From an uncultured Dictyoglomota bacterium (lineage in GTDB: Bacteria > Dictyoglomota > Dictyoglomia > Dictyoglomales > Dictyoglomaceae), in contig CAZZIO010000062.1 in the NCBI GenBank assembly GCA_964654465.1, forward strand, positions 1 to 46,445: a DNA stretch of 46,445 nt. Reading direction: 5' to 3'. Numbering within the stretch: position 1 is the stretch's first letter; each line of letters opens with the position of its first letter. Below the pieces are notes generated by a model. That model did not search any database and had not been told where the DNA came from. It worked only from the letters and a program-made list of their open reading frames with translations. The translations under genes and the position numbers were made by a program. Shown one piece after another: positions 9,828 through 20,421 of the stretch.

Positions 9828-10838
9828 TTATCTATAACGTACACGAGGATCAAAGAGAGGATATAATAAGTCAATTACAAGAGCTGCTGTGGCTATTCCT
9901 ATAATAGAAAGTACAGCTATTCCCATAATTAAATTAAAATCACCGTTATTAATTGCCATATAAAGAAGTTGTCCTAATCCAGGATATGAGAAAACTGTCT
10001 CTGTAATCAAAGATCCACTAAAAATACCACCTATTTGTAAGGCTAAATTCGTTATCTGAGGAAGCAAACCATTCCTCATAACATATTGAAACAGTATCTT
10101 CCTTGATGGAATCCCCATTACTTCAGCATATGTTACAAAATCTTCAGCTACAATAGTGGATGTTAAAGATCTCATACTTAGGAACCACCAACCAATACCT
10201 ATTAGGATAAGAGATAATGCTGGTAGAGTAGCATGCTTAATTACGTTAAATATAAATTCTAAAGATAAAGATGGTGTAAGACCTATGCTGTATCCTCCTA
10301 CCATTGGAAAAATAGGAAAAATATAGGCAAAAAGAATTAAAAGTACCAAAGCCATTATATAATAGGGAATTGGATAAATTGACATGGCAATTATAGACAT
10401 AAATTTTGACCATTTTTTATCAGCATAATATCCAGCTATTCCACCAAGAATATTACCTATTACCCATGAAAGGATAGCAACAACAACTAAAAGACCTGCA
10501 GTCCAAGGTAAAGAATTTGCAATTATAGAAATTACAGGTGTTGGAAATATTGATAAGGAAGGCCCAAAATCTCCCTTAAATAACCTTTTCCAAAAACCTA
10601 AATATTGTTCCCATATACTCCCCTTCAATCCATATAACTCCATCATAGTATCCTTCAATTTCTCTATTGCAGAAGGATCAAGATATTGAGCACCGTAAGA
10701 TGTCATTCTATTAAGAACTGTTACTACAGGATCTAAAGGGGTAAATCTTGGAACTAAAAAAACCACAGTCACACCTATAAATATAACAATAAAATATTGA
10801 ATCAATCTGGGAATTATATATCTTTTTAATAAATTCAT
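9828..10838 (-). CDS. ABC transporter permease (OppB-like)
   Basis: GDFGPS, ETVFSYPGLG, DLLYPLFDPR. Confidence 0.93.
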   Translation of the reverse strand: MNLLKRYIIPRLIQYFIVIFIGVTVVFLVPRFTPLDPVVTVLNRMTSYGAQYLDPSAIEKLKDTMMELYGLKGSIWEQYLGFWKRLFKGDFGPSLSIFPTPVISIIANSLPWTAGLLVVVAILSWVIGNILGGIAGYYADKKWSKFMSIIAMSIYPIPYYIMALVLLILFAYIFPIFPMVGGYSIGLTPSLSLEFIFNVIKHATLPALSLILIGIGWWFLSMRSLTSTIVAEDFVTYAEVMGIPSRKILFQYVMRNGLLPQITNLALQIGGIFSGSLITETVFSYPGLGQLLYMAINNGDFNLIMGIAVLSIIGIATAALVIDLLYPLFDPRVRYR

Positions 10839-10865
10839 TTTATAATTTTCTCCCTCCCTAAAACA

Positions 10866-10896
10866 GGGTTTCCCCCTCGTTTAGAGGGGGAAACCC
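10866..10896 (-). terminator. 13-bp stem-loop between solute-binding protein and permease genes (partial terminator or mRNA stabiliser)
   Basis: GGGTTTCCCCCTC-GTTTA-GAGGGGGAAACCC with a short T tract on the minus strand. Confidence 0.75.
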
Positions 10897-10911
10897 CAAA
10901 ATATATTCTTA

Positions 10912-12774
10912 TTACTTTCTGCCAGTTGGCTTTATATGTGGTAAGATAAACTTAAATTGACCCCACCACCATACAGGTGCCATATAAGAATTGTCCGATG
11001 TTGGGAAGTTAGTCCAATAGTAATGATCCTGTGAATTAAATTTCAAATTGATTATAAAGACTGGTGCTGGCATTTCTTCTACATAAAGCTTCAATATATC
11101 ACTTACTATAGCCTTTGCCTTTTGAGATTCTGGCTGTAATTTTACTAACTCATCAAGGAGTTTATCTAACTTAGCACTCTTCCACCTAATCTGGTTCCCT
11201 GAAGTAGCCACCTGCCCTGTTGGTTTATAGAATCTGGAATGATAACCTTGTACAAAGGTGTAGAAATCAGTTGCTGGTACTTCCCAGTAAGAACCAACCT
11301 CAAAGTCTCCAAGATTCCACTTATTCCAGAATGGTCCTGCCTCTACCGTCTCTACATTTACATCTATACCAAACTTTCTCCACTGATCAGCTACTGCAAA
11401 AGCAAGTCTTGTAGCATGTATTTCAAAATTAGCAGGAGCGGTAATAGTTATCTTCCAAGGAGTTCCATCTGGTAAGTACCATTTTCCTCCAACTTTCTTA
11501 AATCCATTCTTTACTAAGAGTTTTTCTGCCACATCTGGAGCATATTTCCACCAACCTATACCAAAGATTTCTCTTGGATTACCTGTTACTACATAACCTC
11601 TCTTCTTTGCATAATCTACAATTCTATCTGGCACTGTTGGATCCCAGGGTTTAAATCCATCTTCTAAAGTAAAATTCTTCAACCAATTTTCCATAGGTAA
11701 GTAGTACTCTTTTAATAGAGATTCTGTTGCACATATCCATAAAGGATTGACCCTTGCAATTCCATCAAATCCAGATGTTACTACATCAACTATATCTGTA
11801 GCTAATGTTAAAGCCCATCTTACATCTTTATTATTGAATGGTGGCTTTTCTAAATTCATAGCCATTATTCTTGCCCTTACATCATCCATCCAAGCCCATG
11901 GAAAATCTTTATACCATACCCTTGAATAGGGGTTGCTTTTTCTTAGAATCTCCCAAGATTCAGGAGTTAAGTCAAATATTAAATCTAATTGATGTTGAGC
12001 TTGTGCCATTACCTTCTTTTCATCAGGACCATAGTAAATAAAAAGTACATATTTGGGCTGAGGCATACCATATATCTGGCCTACACTTGTCCTTCTCCAA
12101 TCAACTCTTCTTTCAAATAACCACCAATATCCTTGAGGATCATATTGCTTCAAAACATAGGGTCCTAAAGAAACAGGTGGGTTAAATTCAAACTTTAAAG
12201 GATCTGCTACTTTTTCAAACACATGTTTAGGCATAATATAACAGGTAGCATAGACAATAGAGGTAAAGAGATAATGAAAAGCCGGTACTGACTCTTTTAG
12301 TTCAAACACTACAGTGTAGTTATCTTTCTTATAGACCTTAGATACATATCTATTTAAAGCATCACTATAAGACATTCCAGGATGTTTCATAAGATAATCT
12401 ACAGTAAATACAACGTCATCAGCAGTGAAAGGCTTTCCATCACTCCAATATATTCCTTTTCTCAACTTAACTGTCATTTTTCTAAAATTATTTTCATATA
12501 CTGGTTCAGATTGAGCTAAAGCATTGATTACTTTACCTGTTTGTGAATCTAAGTACCAAAGACCATCAAATAACATCTGTTGAGCCCCATTACCTACTGA
12601 TACTCCTGGTTTCCAGAAATTAAAATCTTTTGGATTAGCTAATCTTCCATGTAGTGCATCCACTATAAGTGTTTCATGACGAGGAACCTTAGGAAGTACT
12701 TGAGAAAATGTAACAGTTTGACCTACTAGGGAAAGCATCAGAATGAATAATATTATAATTGAAAACTTTTTCAT
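10912..12774 (-). CDS. Family 5 ABC solute-binding protein, probably oligosaccharide-binding
   Basis: Signal peptide, LRKGIYWSDGKPFTADDVVFT signature, Trp-rich; same operon as a GH4 gene and next to a LacI gene. Confidence 0.92.
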   Translation of the reverse strand: MKKFSIIILFILMLSLVGQTVTFSQVLPKVPRHETLIVDALHGRLANPKDFNFWKPGVSVGNGAQQMLFDGLWYLDSQTGKVINALAQSEPVYENNFRKMTVKLRKGIYWSDGKPFTADDVVFTVDYLMKHPGMSYSDALNRYVSKVYKKDNYTVVFELKESVPAFHYLFTSIVYATCYIMPKHVFEKVADPLKFEFNPPVSLGPYVLKQYDPQGYWWLFERRVDWRRTSVGQIYGMPQPKYVLFIYYGPDEKKVMAQAQHQLDLIFDLTPESWEILRKSNPYSRVWYKDFPWAWMDDVRARIMAMNLEKPPFNNKDVRWALTLATDIVDVVTSGFDGIARVNPLWICATESLLKEYYLPMENWLKNFTLEDGFKPWDPTVPDRIVDYAKKRGYVVTGNPREIFGIGWWKYAPDVAEKLLVKNGFKKVGGKWYLPDGTPWKITITAPANFEIHATRLAFAVADQWRKFGIDVNVETVEAGPFWNKWNLGDFEVGSYWEVPATDFYTFVQGYHSRFYKPTGQVATSGNQIRWKSAKLDKLLDELVKLQPESQKAKAIVSDILKLYVEEMPAPVFIINLKFNSQDHYYWTNFPTSDNSYMAPVWWWGQFKFILPHIKPTGRK

Positions 12775-12885
12775 TTAATCTTATCCCCCTTTCCAAATAT
12801 TTTTTAAAAACAGAACCCTCAGAACCATAGCTTTAAACCCTAATTACCCTTTCATCACCTCCCTAATTTAATTAATTTTTATTTG

Positions 12886-12899
12886 TGTAAGCGCTTTTA
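12886..12899. promoter_or_regulatory. LacI-family operator upstream of the ABC operon
   Basis: TGTAAGCGCTTTTA resembles the CG-centred LacI/CcpA palindrome; lies downstream of TTGACT (12936-12931, minus strand). Confidence 0.7.
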
Positions 12900-12981
12900 C
12901 AGAATGATAAATATCATAAAATAAAAAATAAGTCAAGGGGTATATAAAAAATTAGAATTAAAAATATCTTCAATTTAAATT

Positions 12982-14010
<1,029 letters not shown>

Positions 14011-14048
14011 TTATATCTAAATATTTATTTTACCAAATATTATATATT

Positions 14049-14062
14049 TGTAAACGTTTTCT
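14049..14062. promoter_or_regulatory. Second LacI-type operator (probable autoregulation)
   Basis: TGTAAACGTTTTCT resembles the site at 12886 and lies upstream of the lacI-type gene. Confidence 0.55.
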
Positions 14063-14077
14063 TAGATAAAAATAAAA

Positions 14078-14107
14078 TTGACATATTGTTTTTCATAGAC
14101 TTAAAAT
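14078..14107 (+). promoter_or_regulatory. Sigma70-type promoter, probably leaderless
   Basis: TTGACA-N18-TAAAAT, 7 nt before ATG 14115, no SD. Confidence 0.65.
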
Positions 14108-14114
14108 CTAAAAC

Positions 14115-15335
14115 ATGAGAGTTTTATTTATTAGTAATGGCTATGGAGAAGATTACGTAGCAGTCAATATTATAAAAGAGTTAAGAGAAATAGATAGTTC
14201 AATAGAAATAGAAGCCCTGCCAATTGTAGGGGAAGGATTTTTATATAAAAAAAATCAAATACCTCTTTTAGGACCTCATAAAAAATTACCATCAGGTGGA
14301 TTTATAACTAATCTAAGAATTTTATATAAAGATTTAAAAGAAGGATTATTGAATCTTCATCGGAAACAGTGGGGAGAAATTAAAAAGTGGTCTAAAAAAA
14401 ATGGATATATAATAGCAGTAGGCGATATTATACCCCTCTTTTTAGCAAGATTATCCCACCAAAAATTTTTCTTCGTAAGCATTCAAAAATCAGTATATTA
14501 CACATTAAAAGATGATAAAAAGGTAAATATACAAAAACTTTCCAAGAATAAAGCAATGGAAATTGCTATAAGAACTTACCTGTTGGAATATTTTCTTATG
14601 AAATCAGAAAATCTTTTAAAAGTTTTTCCACGTGATCTTCTCTCTCACTTAATTCTGGAAAAAACAGGAATAAACTCCGAATACTTAGGAAATCCTATGA
14701 TGGATGGCTTAGAACCTGAAAACAAAATACCCATTAACAATTTTTACAATTACATAAAAATTCTGATTCTACCAGGATCTAAAATACCAGAAGCTTATTA
14801 TAATTTTCAGCTCCTTACTGAGGGTATATTACATCTTTTGAGATCAAGATTAGAGGAAAAATTTCTTTTTCTTACTGCTATATCTCCTAATATTCCCATA
14901 AAGGAATTAGAAAACATTTTGTTTTCCAAAAATTTTAAAAAGTATATAGAAACAAAAGATTATATACTTTTCAAAAATAACAGTCATGCACTAATTCTTA
15001 CCCATGCCTTCTCTGATTGTATTCATCATGCACAGATAGGACTTTGCATGGCAGGAACAGCAACAGAACAGTTTGTAGGTCTTGGTAAACCAGCCATTGC
15101 CATATTTGGTAAAGGGCCTCAATTTACTAAAAAGTTTGCTCTTTTACAGAAGAGACTCTTAGGTGATTCTCTTTTTTTAGCCAAAAATGCAGAAGAAATT
15201 CCTAAAATATTCTCCATGATACACAATAACAATGAACTTTTAGAGAAGATATCCATAAATGGAAGGAAAAGAATGGGGGAAAAAGGAGCTTCCAAAAGGA
15301 TAGCAGAAAAGATTTATCAAATTATTAAAGTTTAA
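14115..15335 (+). CDS. Lipid-A-disaccharide synthase-related protein (TIGR03492-like, GT-B fold)
   Basis: ISNGYGED, LPSGGF, AVGDI, GNPMMD, ILPGS, MAGTATEQFVGLGKP and GPQFT motifs. Confidence 0.8.
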   Translation: MRVLFISNGYGEDYVAVNIIKELREIDSSIEIEALPIVGEGFLYKKNQIPLLGPHKKLPSGGFITNLRILYKDLKEGLLNLHRKQWGEIKKWSKKNGYIIAVGDIIPLFLARLSHQKFFFVSIQKSVYYTLKDDKKVNIQKLSKNKAMEIAIRTYLLEYFLMKSENLLKVFPRDLLSHLILEKTGINSEYLGNPMMDGLEPENKIPINNFYNYIKILILPGSKIPEAYYNFQLLTEGILHLLRSRLEEKFLFLTAISPNIPIKELENILFSKNFKKYIETKDYILFKNNSHALILTHAFSDCIHHAQIGLCMAGTATEQFVGLGKPAIAIFGKGPQFTKKFALLQKRLLGDSLFLAKNAEEIPKIFSMIHNNNELLEKISINGRKRMGEKGASKRIAEKIYQIIKV

Positions 15336-15347
15336 AGGGGGAGGAAA

Positions 15348-18300
15348 ATGGAAGAGATAAAAAAGAATTTTAAAAATCCTGAAAAAATATATAGGGCGAT
15401 ACCTTTTTGGTCATGGAATGATAAGCTTAATGCTCAAGAACTAACAAACCAAATAAAAGATTTTAAAGAAAAAGGTATTGGTGGGTTCTTCATGCACTCA
15501 AGGGTAGGTTTAGAGACTGAATATATGGGAGAAGAATGGTTAGATTTAGTAGAAGAAGTGGTAAAAAATTCCAGGGTAATAGATATAGATCCATGGCTTT
15601 ATGATGAAGATAGATGGCCTTCTGGCTTTGCAGGAGGTAAGGTCGCAGAAAAAATTGGAGACGAAGGAAGGGCTAAAATTCTTACTTTAAAAATATTGAA
15701 AGATGCAAAAGAACTTAATGGAAAAGAATTGACTATTTACAAAGGGAAAATAGAAAGTGAAAAAATAAATAGTATAGAAAGAGTAAATAATATCGAGAAT
15801 TTAAGACTTTATAAAGATGAAAACATTTTAGCATTATATAGGATCGTTGCTGGAAAATCTGATTGGTATAATGGTGATGCACCACCAGATAATCTAAATC
15901 CTAAAAGTGTGAAAACATTTATACAAGTTACCCATGAGATATATTACGAAAGACTAAAGGAAGATTTTGGAAAACAAGTTAAGGGTATATTTACCGATGA
16001 ACCCAATATATCTCCTTTTCTCTGGGGAGGAAATTTAGAATATTATGCATTACCTTGGACTGATATATTTCCTGAATATTTTAAAGAAAAAAGAGGATAT
16101 GACTTTTTTGATATAGCTCCCTTTGTATTCTTTTCAGGAGAAAAGTCCATAAAGGCAAGATATGACTATTGGAGAACCATTTCAGAGCTTTTCTTAGAAA
16201 GTTACACTAAAAATATCTATAATTGGTGTAAAGAGCATAATATATTATTTACTGGGCATTATTTAGAAGAAGATAACTTCCCTCATGTAATATTATGTAG
16301 TGGATCTATAATGCCTCATTACGAATACATGGATATTCCAGGAATAGATATATTAACCGAGGTAAGATATGAATACCTTACAGCAAAACAAGCAACCAGC
16401 GTGGCAAATCAATTAGGAAAAAGTAGAGTTATTTCCGAAACTTATGGATGTACTGGATGGGAATTTACCTTTGAAGGACAAAAACATGTGGCAGACTGGC
16501 AATATGCCCTTGGAGTAAATATGAGATGCCAACATCTTTTTTTGTATTCTCTTAGAGGTTGTAGAAAAAGAGACTATCCACCCTCTTTCAATCACAACCC
16601 TTCTTGGAAGTATCATCCTCTCATAGAAGATTATTTTGCAAGACTTTCCTATATTCTAACCTTAGGTAAACCTGTAAGGGATATTCTTCTTATCCACCCT
16701 ATTGAAAGTAGTTGGTGTGAATTTAATGGAAGAGATAAATCTGTACCCCAAGAAAGAGGAGAAGAATTTAAAGAGATTATAAATGCCCTTTTAGGAATTC
16801 ATTATGATTTTGATTTGGGAGATGAAAAGATTATTGAAAAATATGGGAAAATAGATAAGGAAAGAAAAGAGTTTATAGTAGGAGAAGCCAAATATATATT
16901 AGTAATAGTGCCACCAGTAATTACCCTAAGAAAAAGTACCCTTTCCTTACTTTTAGAATTTCTAAATAATGATGGGAAAGTAATTATTATGGAGCCATTA
17001 CCAGAATATGTGGAAGGAGAAAAAGGGAAAGAAGAACTGAAAAAGCTTTTTGATCATCCAAATGTAATAAGAGTAAAGGGAAGAAAAGAACTTGCAGAAA
17101 ATATTAAAAATATAATTCCAAGAAGAATATCCATAAGAGATGTGGTAGGACAAGAAGTAGAACAGTTTCTATATATGGAGAGAAATTATGATGGTAAAAA
17201 GATTTTCTTTATAGTAAATAATGATAGGGAAAGATCCTATAATGTGGATCTATACTTAGAGGGAAAAGGAAGAATAGAAGAATGGGATCTTCTTACAGGA
17301 GAGATAAAAGATGTATTTTCAATAGAAACTGAAGGATATCAACATATTCGTACTACTTTTGCTCCCTCAGAATCCAAATTATACATACTATATAAAGGAG
17401 AATACAAGAAAATAGAAAGGCCAAAGAAAATAAAAAGGACCATCTTTTTAGAACCTACCTTTGAGGTTAAAAGATTAGACCCTAATGTACTCACTATAGA
17501 TACTGCTCAATTTAAATTAGATGGAGAATGGTCTGAAGAGACACCTATCTGGATTATTCAGAGAAAAATTAGAGATACCCTTGGAATGATTAACATCGAT
17601 CTGAATAGTGGAATTCAAAGATGGAAATGGGTTAATATACCTCATCCTAAGGATAATACTAAGATTGAATTAAAAATGAGATTTAATATAAAAGATCTGC
17701 CAGAAAAAGACTTATATCTTTTAACAGAAAATATAAAGGAAATGATCAGCTTAAAGCTAAATAATAAAGAGATACCTATAATAGATGAAGGATGGTTTAT
17801 AGATAGATCTTTAAGAAAGATTCCATTAAAGGAATTTAAGATAGGAGAAAATATTATAGAGATACTCTTGAACTATAGAAATTCAACAGAGCTTGAAGAT
17901 TTCTATATTATAGGTGATTTTGCTGTAAATATAGATAGAGAAATAATTAAAGAAAATAATAGAATTACATTAGGAGATTGGGTTTTTCAAGGATATCCCC
18001 ACTATGCAGGAAGCCTTATATACAAACAGATATTCCCTTTCCATAAAGATCCTAACGAAAAATATCTACTAACTATTGAGGATTTTTCTGCAGGAGTTAT
18101 TAAAGTAAATCTAAATGGAGAAACAGTAGGATTTATCCCATGGAGATTTTACAAATTAGATATCACTGATTACTTACAAAACAGTAATAATTTATTAGAA
18201 TTAGAAGTAGTAGGTAGCCTAAGGAATATGCTTGGTCCTCTTCATAATAGAGCAAAGAAAATCCACTTTGTAAGTGCTCTCTCTTTTAGACCAGAGGGTG

Positions 18301-18374
18301 AGGAATATACAAAGTCATACGTATTCCATTCTTATGGATTATTTTCACCAGTAAAAATAGAGGTGATAGGTTAA
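15348..18374 (+). CDS. Large glycoside hydrolase, GH106 (alpha-L-rhamnosidase)-like
   Basis: PFWSWND, GGFFMHSRVG, WLYDEDRWPSGFAGG, FTDEP, PGIDIL, SETYGC, KRDYPP; no signal peptide. Confidence 0.75.
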   Translation: MEEIKKNFKNPEKIYRAIPFWSWNDKLNAQELTNQIKDFKEKGIGGFFMHSRVGLETEYMGEEWLDLVEEVVKNSRVIDIDPWLYDEDRWPSGFAGGKVAEKIGDEGRAKILTLKILKDAKELNGKELTIYKGKIESEKINSIERVNNIENLRLYKDENILALYRIVAGKSDWYNGDAPPDNLNPKSVKTFIQVTHEIYYERLKEDFGKQVKGIFTDEPNISPFLWGGNLEYYALPWTDIFPEYFKEKRGYDFFDIAPFVFFSGEKSIKARYDYWRTISELFLESYTKNIYNWCKEHNILFTGHYLEEDNFPHVILCSGSIMPHYEYMDIPGIDILTEVRYEYLTAKQATSVANQLGKSRVISETYGCTGWEFTFEGQKHVADWQYALGVNMRCQHLFLYSLRGCRKRDYPPSFNHNPSWKYHPLIEDYFARLSYILTLGKPVRDILLIHPIESSWCEFNGRDKSVPQERGEEFKEIINALLGIHYDFDLGDEKIIEKYGKIDKERKEFIVGEAKYILVIVPPVITLRKSTLSLLLEFLNNDGKVIIMEPLPEYVEGEKGKEELKKLFDHPNVIRVKGRKELAENIKNIIPRRISIRDVVGQEVEQFLYMERNYDGKKIFFIVNNDRERSYNVDLYLEGKGRIEEWDLLTGEIKDVFSIETEGYQHIRTTFAPSESKLYILYKGEYKKIERPKKIKRTIFLEPTFEVKRLDPNVLTIDTAQFKLDGEWSEETPIWIIQRKIRDTLGMINIDLNSGIQRWKWVNIPHPKDNTKIELKMRFNIKDLPEKDLYLLTENIKEMISLKLNNKEIPIIDEGWFIDRSLRKIPLKEFKIGENIIEILLNYRNSTELEDFYIIGDFAVNIDREIIKENNRITLGDWVFQGYPHYAGSLIYKQIFPFHKDPNEKYLLTIEDFSAGVIKVNLNGETVGFIPWRFYKLDITDYLQNSNNLLELEVVGSLRNMLGPLHNRAKKIHFVSALSFRPEGEEYTKSYVFHSYGLFSPVKIEVIG

Positions 18375-19120
18375 TATTCCTTTCTTTCGTCCCAACTTTT
18401 ATAGCTACCACATAGCCAATTAAGAGTTAAAAACCTCTCAAGAATAATTCCTGAGAGGAAGAGATAATCTTCACCAGTAATACGATAAAAGGGCTTTCCT
18501 TGTACTGGAAAATCATCTTCTATAGTATAAGAGATAGCACCAGAAGAAAGAGCTTTTTCTACCAATAACTTTACAGCATCTTTATATGATTTTCCTTCTT
18601 CTAATTTATAATTTTCCTTTTCCATTCTCCCAAGCTTCCACCTAAAATACCATATCTCAGCTATATCTCTTTCCTTAATTAGCTCTTTAAATGGTCTTAA
18701 TTTAACTTTTCCTAAAAATTCATCTCTACTTTTTAATACTGGAATCACATCTATCACATCACTTAATCTAAAACCTATATCATAAGGGGGAAGTTTATCA
18801 ATAAGAGATAAAGCCCAGAAAAGTACACCTAAGGATTCCAGATAGGTAAAGGAAAGTAAGGTTTCATTCTCATCCCATTTTCCTATATCTTTTCCAAGAA
18901 GTATTCTTTCTTGTTCTGTAAAAAAATTTTTTAAATTTTCCTCTTCAATCCATTTATATACTTCTTGGAAAAAATTACTTTCAATATTGAAAATTTCTTT
19001 ATCAGGGGAAGAAAGATAAATTGCCTCTGCCTGTGACCTCAGAAACAAAACAGAAAGACAAAGAGCTCTATTTATAACCTCTCTTTCAGTAGGTGGATTT
19101 AAGTAAATCTCTTCTTCCAC
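18371..19120 (-). CDS. Hypothetical protein, DUF4272-like
   Basis: GTG start; ESLGVLFWALSL and ILERFLTLNWL..WD resemble DUF4272 proteins (from recall). Confidence 0.6.
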   Translation of the reverse strand: MEEEIYLNPPTEREVINRALCLSVLFLRSQAEAIYLSSPDKEIFNIESNFFQEVYKWIEEENLKNFFTEQERILLGKDIGKWDENETLLSFTYLESLGVLFWALSLIDKLPPYDIGFRLSDVIDVIPVLKSRDEFLGKVKLRPFKELIKERDIAEIWYFRWKLGRMEKENYKLEEGKSYKDAVKLLVEKALSSGAISYTIEDDFPVQGKPFYRITGEDYLFLSGIILERFLTLNWLCGSYKSWDERKEY

Positions 19121-19123
19121 TTT

Positions 19124-19234
19124 TTACACCTTATAAGTCACAAAAAATATAAAGGCATAAAAAAAGGTAACAAAAGTTAAAATTAAGCTAAGTAATAATA
19201 TAATTTCTCCAAACTTCTCTTTTATTTTCCTCAT
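19124..19234 (-). CDS. Small 36-aa single-TM membrane protein (not in ORF track)
   Basis: MRKIKEKFGEIILLLSLILTFVTFFYAFIFFVTYKV*; strong SD AAAGGAGAGG; stop lies 3 nt before the next gene's GTG. Confidence 0.65.
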   Translation of the reverse strand: MRKIKEKFGEIILLLSLILTFVTFFYAFIFFVTYKV

Positions 19235-19309
19235 TTCTATCCTCTCCTTTACATTTCATTAGAGTATATTATAATAAATAAAGGTTGCAAATTAAAAGAG
19301 GAGGGAAAG

Positions 19310-20419
19310 GTGATTCATTCTCTAGATTTACCTCAAAGAATAATTTATGGGATTGGTTCAATAGAATTTCTTGGCACAGAGCTTAAAAAAATTGGAGAAA
19401 AATTTCTACTTCTTACCGGAGAGCACTCTCTTAAAAAAAGTGGAGTCTTAGATAAGATTTTAGAAGATATTAAAAAGCATAAGTTAAACGTAATCCTTAT
19501 TACAGGAATTCCCCCAGAACCATCTTTAGAAATTGTACATCAACTCTGCGATAATATTGTAGGTAACAACTTTGATGGAATTATTGGAATTGGTGGTGGT
19601 AGTGTAATGGACATGGCTAAAATCATCGCTTTCAGAATAAAAACAAAAGCTAATCTTTTAGAATATAAGGGCAAGGAAATAGAAGAAGCACTTCCTATTA
19701 TATCAGTACCTACCACAGCTGGAACAGGTAGTGAAGCTACAAGATTCGCAGTAATTACCGATAAAGAGAAAAAGGATAAATTTATTCTCATGGGAAAAGC
19801 TTTAATTCCTACTCTTTCTATAATAGATCCTGAACTTACCTTTACCATGTCTCCTCTCGTAACTGCCTCTACAGGAATAGATGCCTTTTCTCATGCCCTT
19901 GAATCTTATCTTTCCAGAAACTCTTCTTGCATGGTAGAATGCTATTCAAGATCAGCTTTGGTGGATATATATAATTTTTTACCGAAATCAGTTCTTGAAA
20001 ATTCCACATATGCCAAGGAAAGAATGGCTTATGCTGCCTTTTGGGCCGGTATTGCCATAAACAATACAAAAACCACTTTAGTACATGCTATGTCAAGACC
20101 CCTGGGAGGAATCTATAATATACCCCATGGAATAGCAAATGGAATTTTACTTCCTCCTTATTTAAGATTTAATGCCCCTTTTATTCATGATGAAAAATTA
20201 AAGTTTCTAAAGAACCTTTTTAATGGAGATCCTGCTGAAAAAATGGAAGACTTTCTTAAAACTCTCAATCTACCAACCAGAATTAATCAAGTTACCTCTC
20301 AACCTCTTGATTTAGACCTTCTTGTAAAGAGGACATTAGAAGCAAAATTTAATGTAGAAAACAATCTTAGGCCTGTTAGGGAGGAAGATATATATTATCT
20401 TTTCCAAGAAGTAATGTAG
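19310..20419 (+). CDS. Iron-containing alcohol dehydrogenase
   Basis: GIGGGSVMDMAK, PTTAGTGSEAT, DAFSHALE, VHAMS, PHGIAN. Confidence 0.93.
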   Translation: MIHSLDLPQRIIYGIGSIEFLGTELKKIGEKFLLLTGEHSLKKSGVLDKILEDIKKHKLNVILITGIPPEPSLEIVHQLCDNIVGNNFDGIIGIGGGSVMDMAKIIAFRIKTKANLLEYKGKEIEEALPIISVPTTAGTGSEATRFAVITDKEKKDKFILMGKALIPTLSIIDPELTFTMSPLVTASTGIDAFSHALESYLSRNSSCMVECYSRSALVDIYNFLPKSVLENSTYAKERMAYAAFWAGIAINNTKTTLVHAMSRPLGGIYNIPHGIANGILLPPYLRFNAPFIHDEKLKFLKNLFNGDPAEKMEDFLKTLNLPTRINQVTSQPLDLDLLVKRTLEAKFNVENNLRPVREEDIYYLFQEVM

Positions 20420-20421
20420 AA

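Noticed and set aside
6963-12774. Peptide or nickel import as the function of the Opp-type ABC system
   Set aside because: The GH4 gene in the same operon and LacI-type operators point to carbohydrate uptake.
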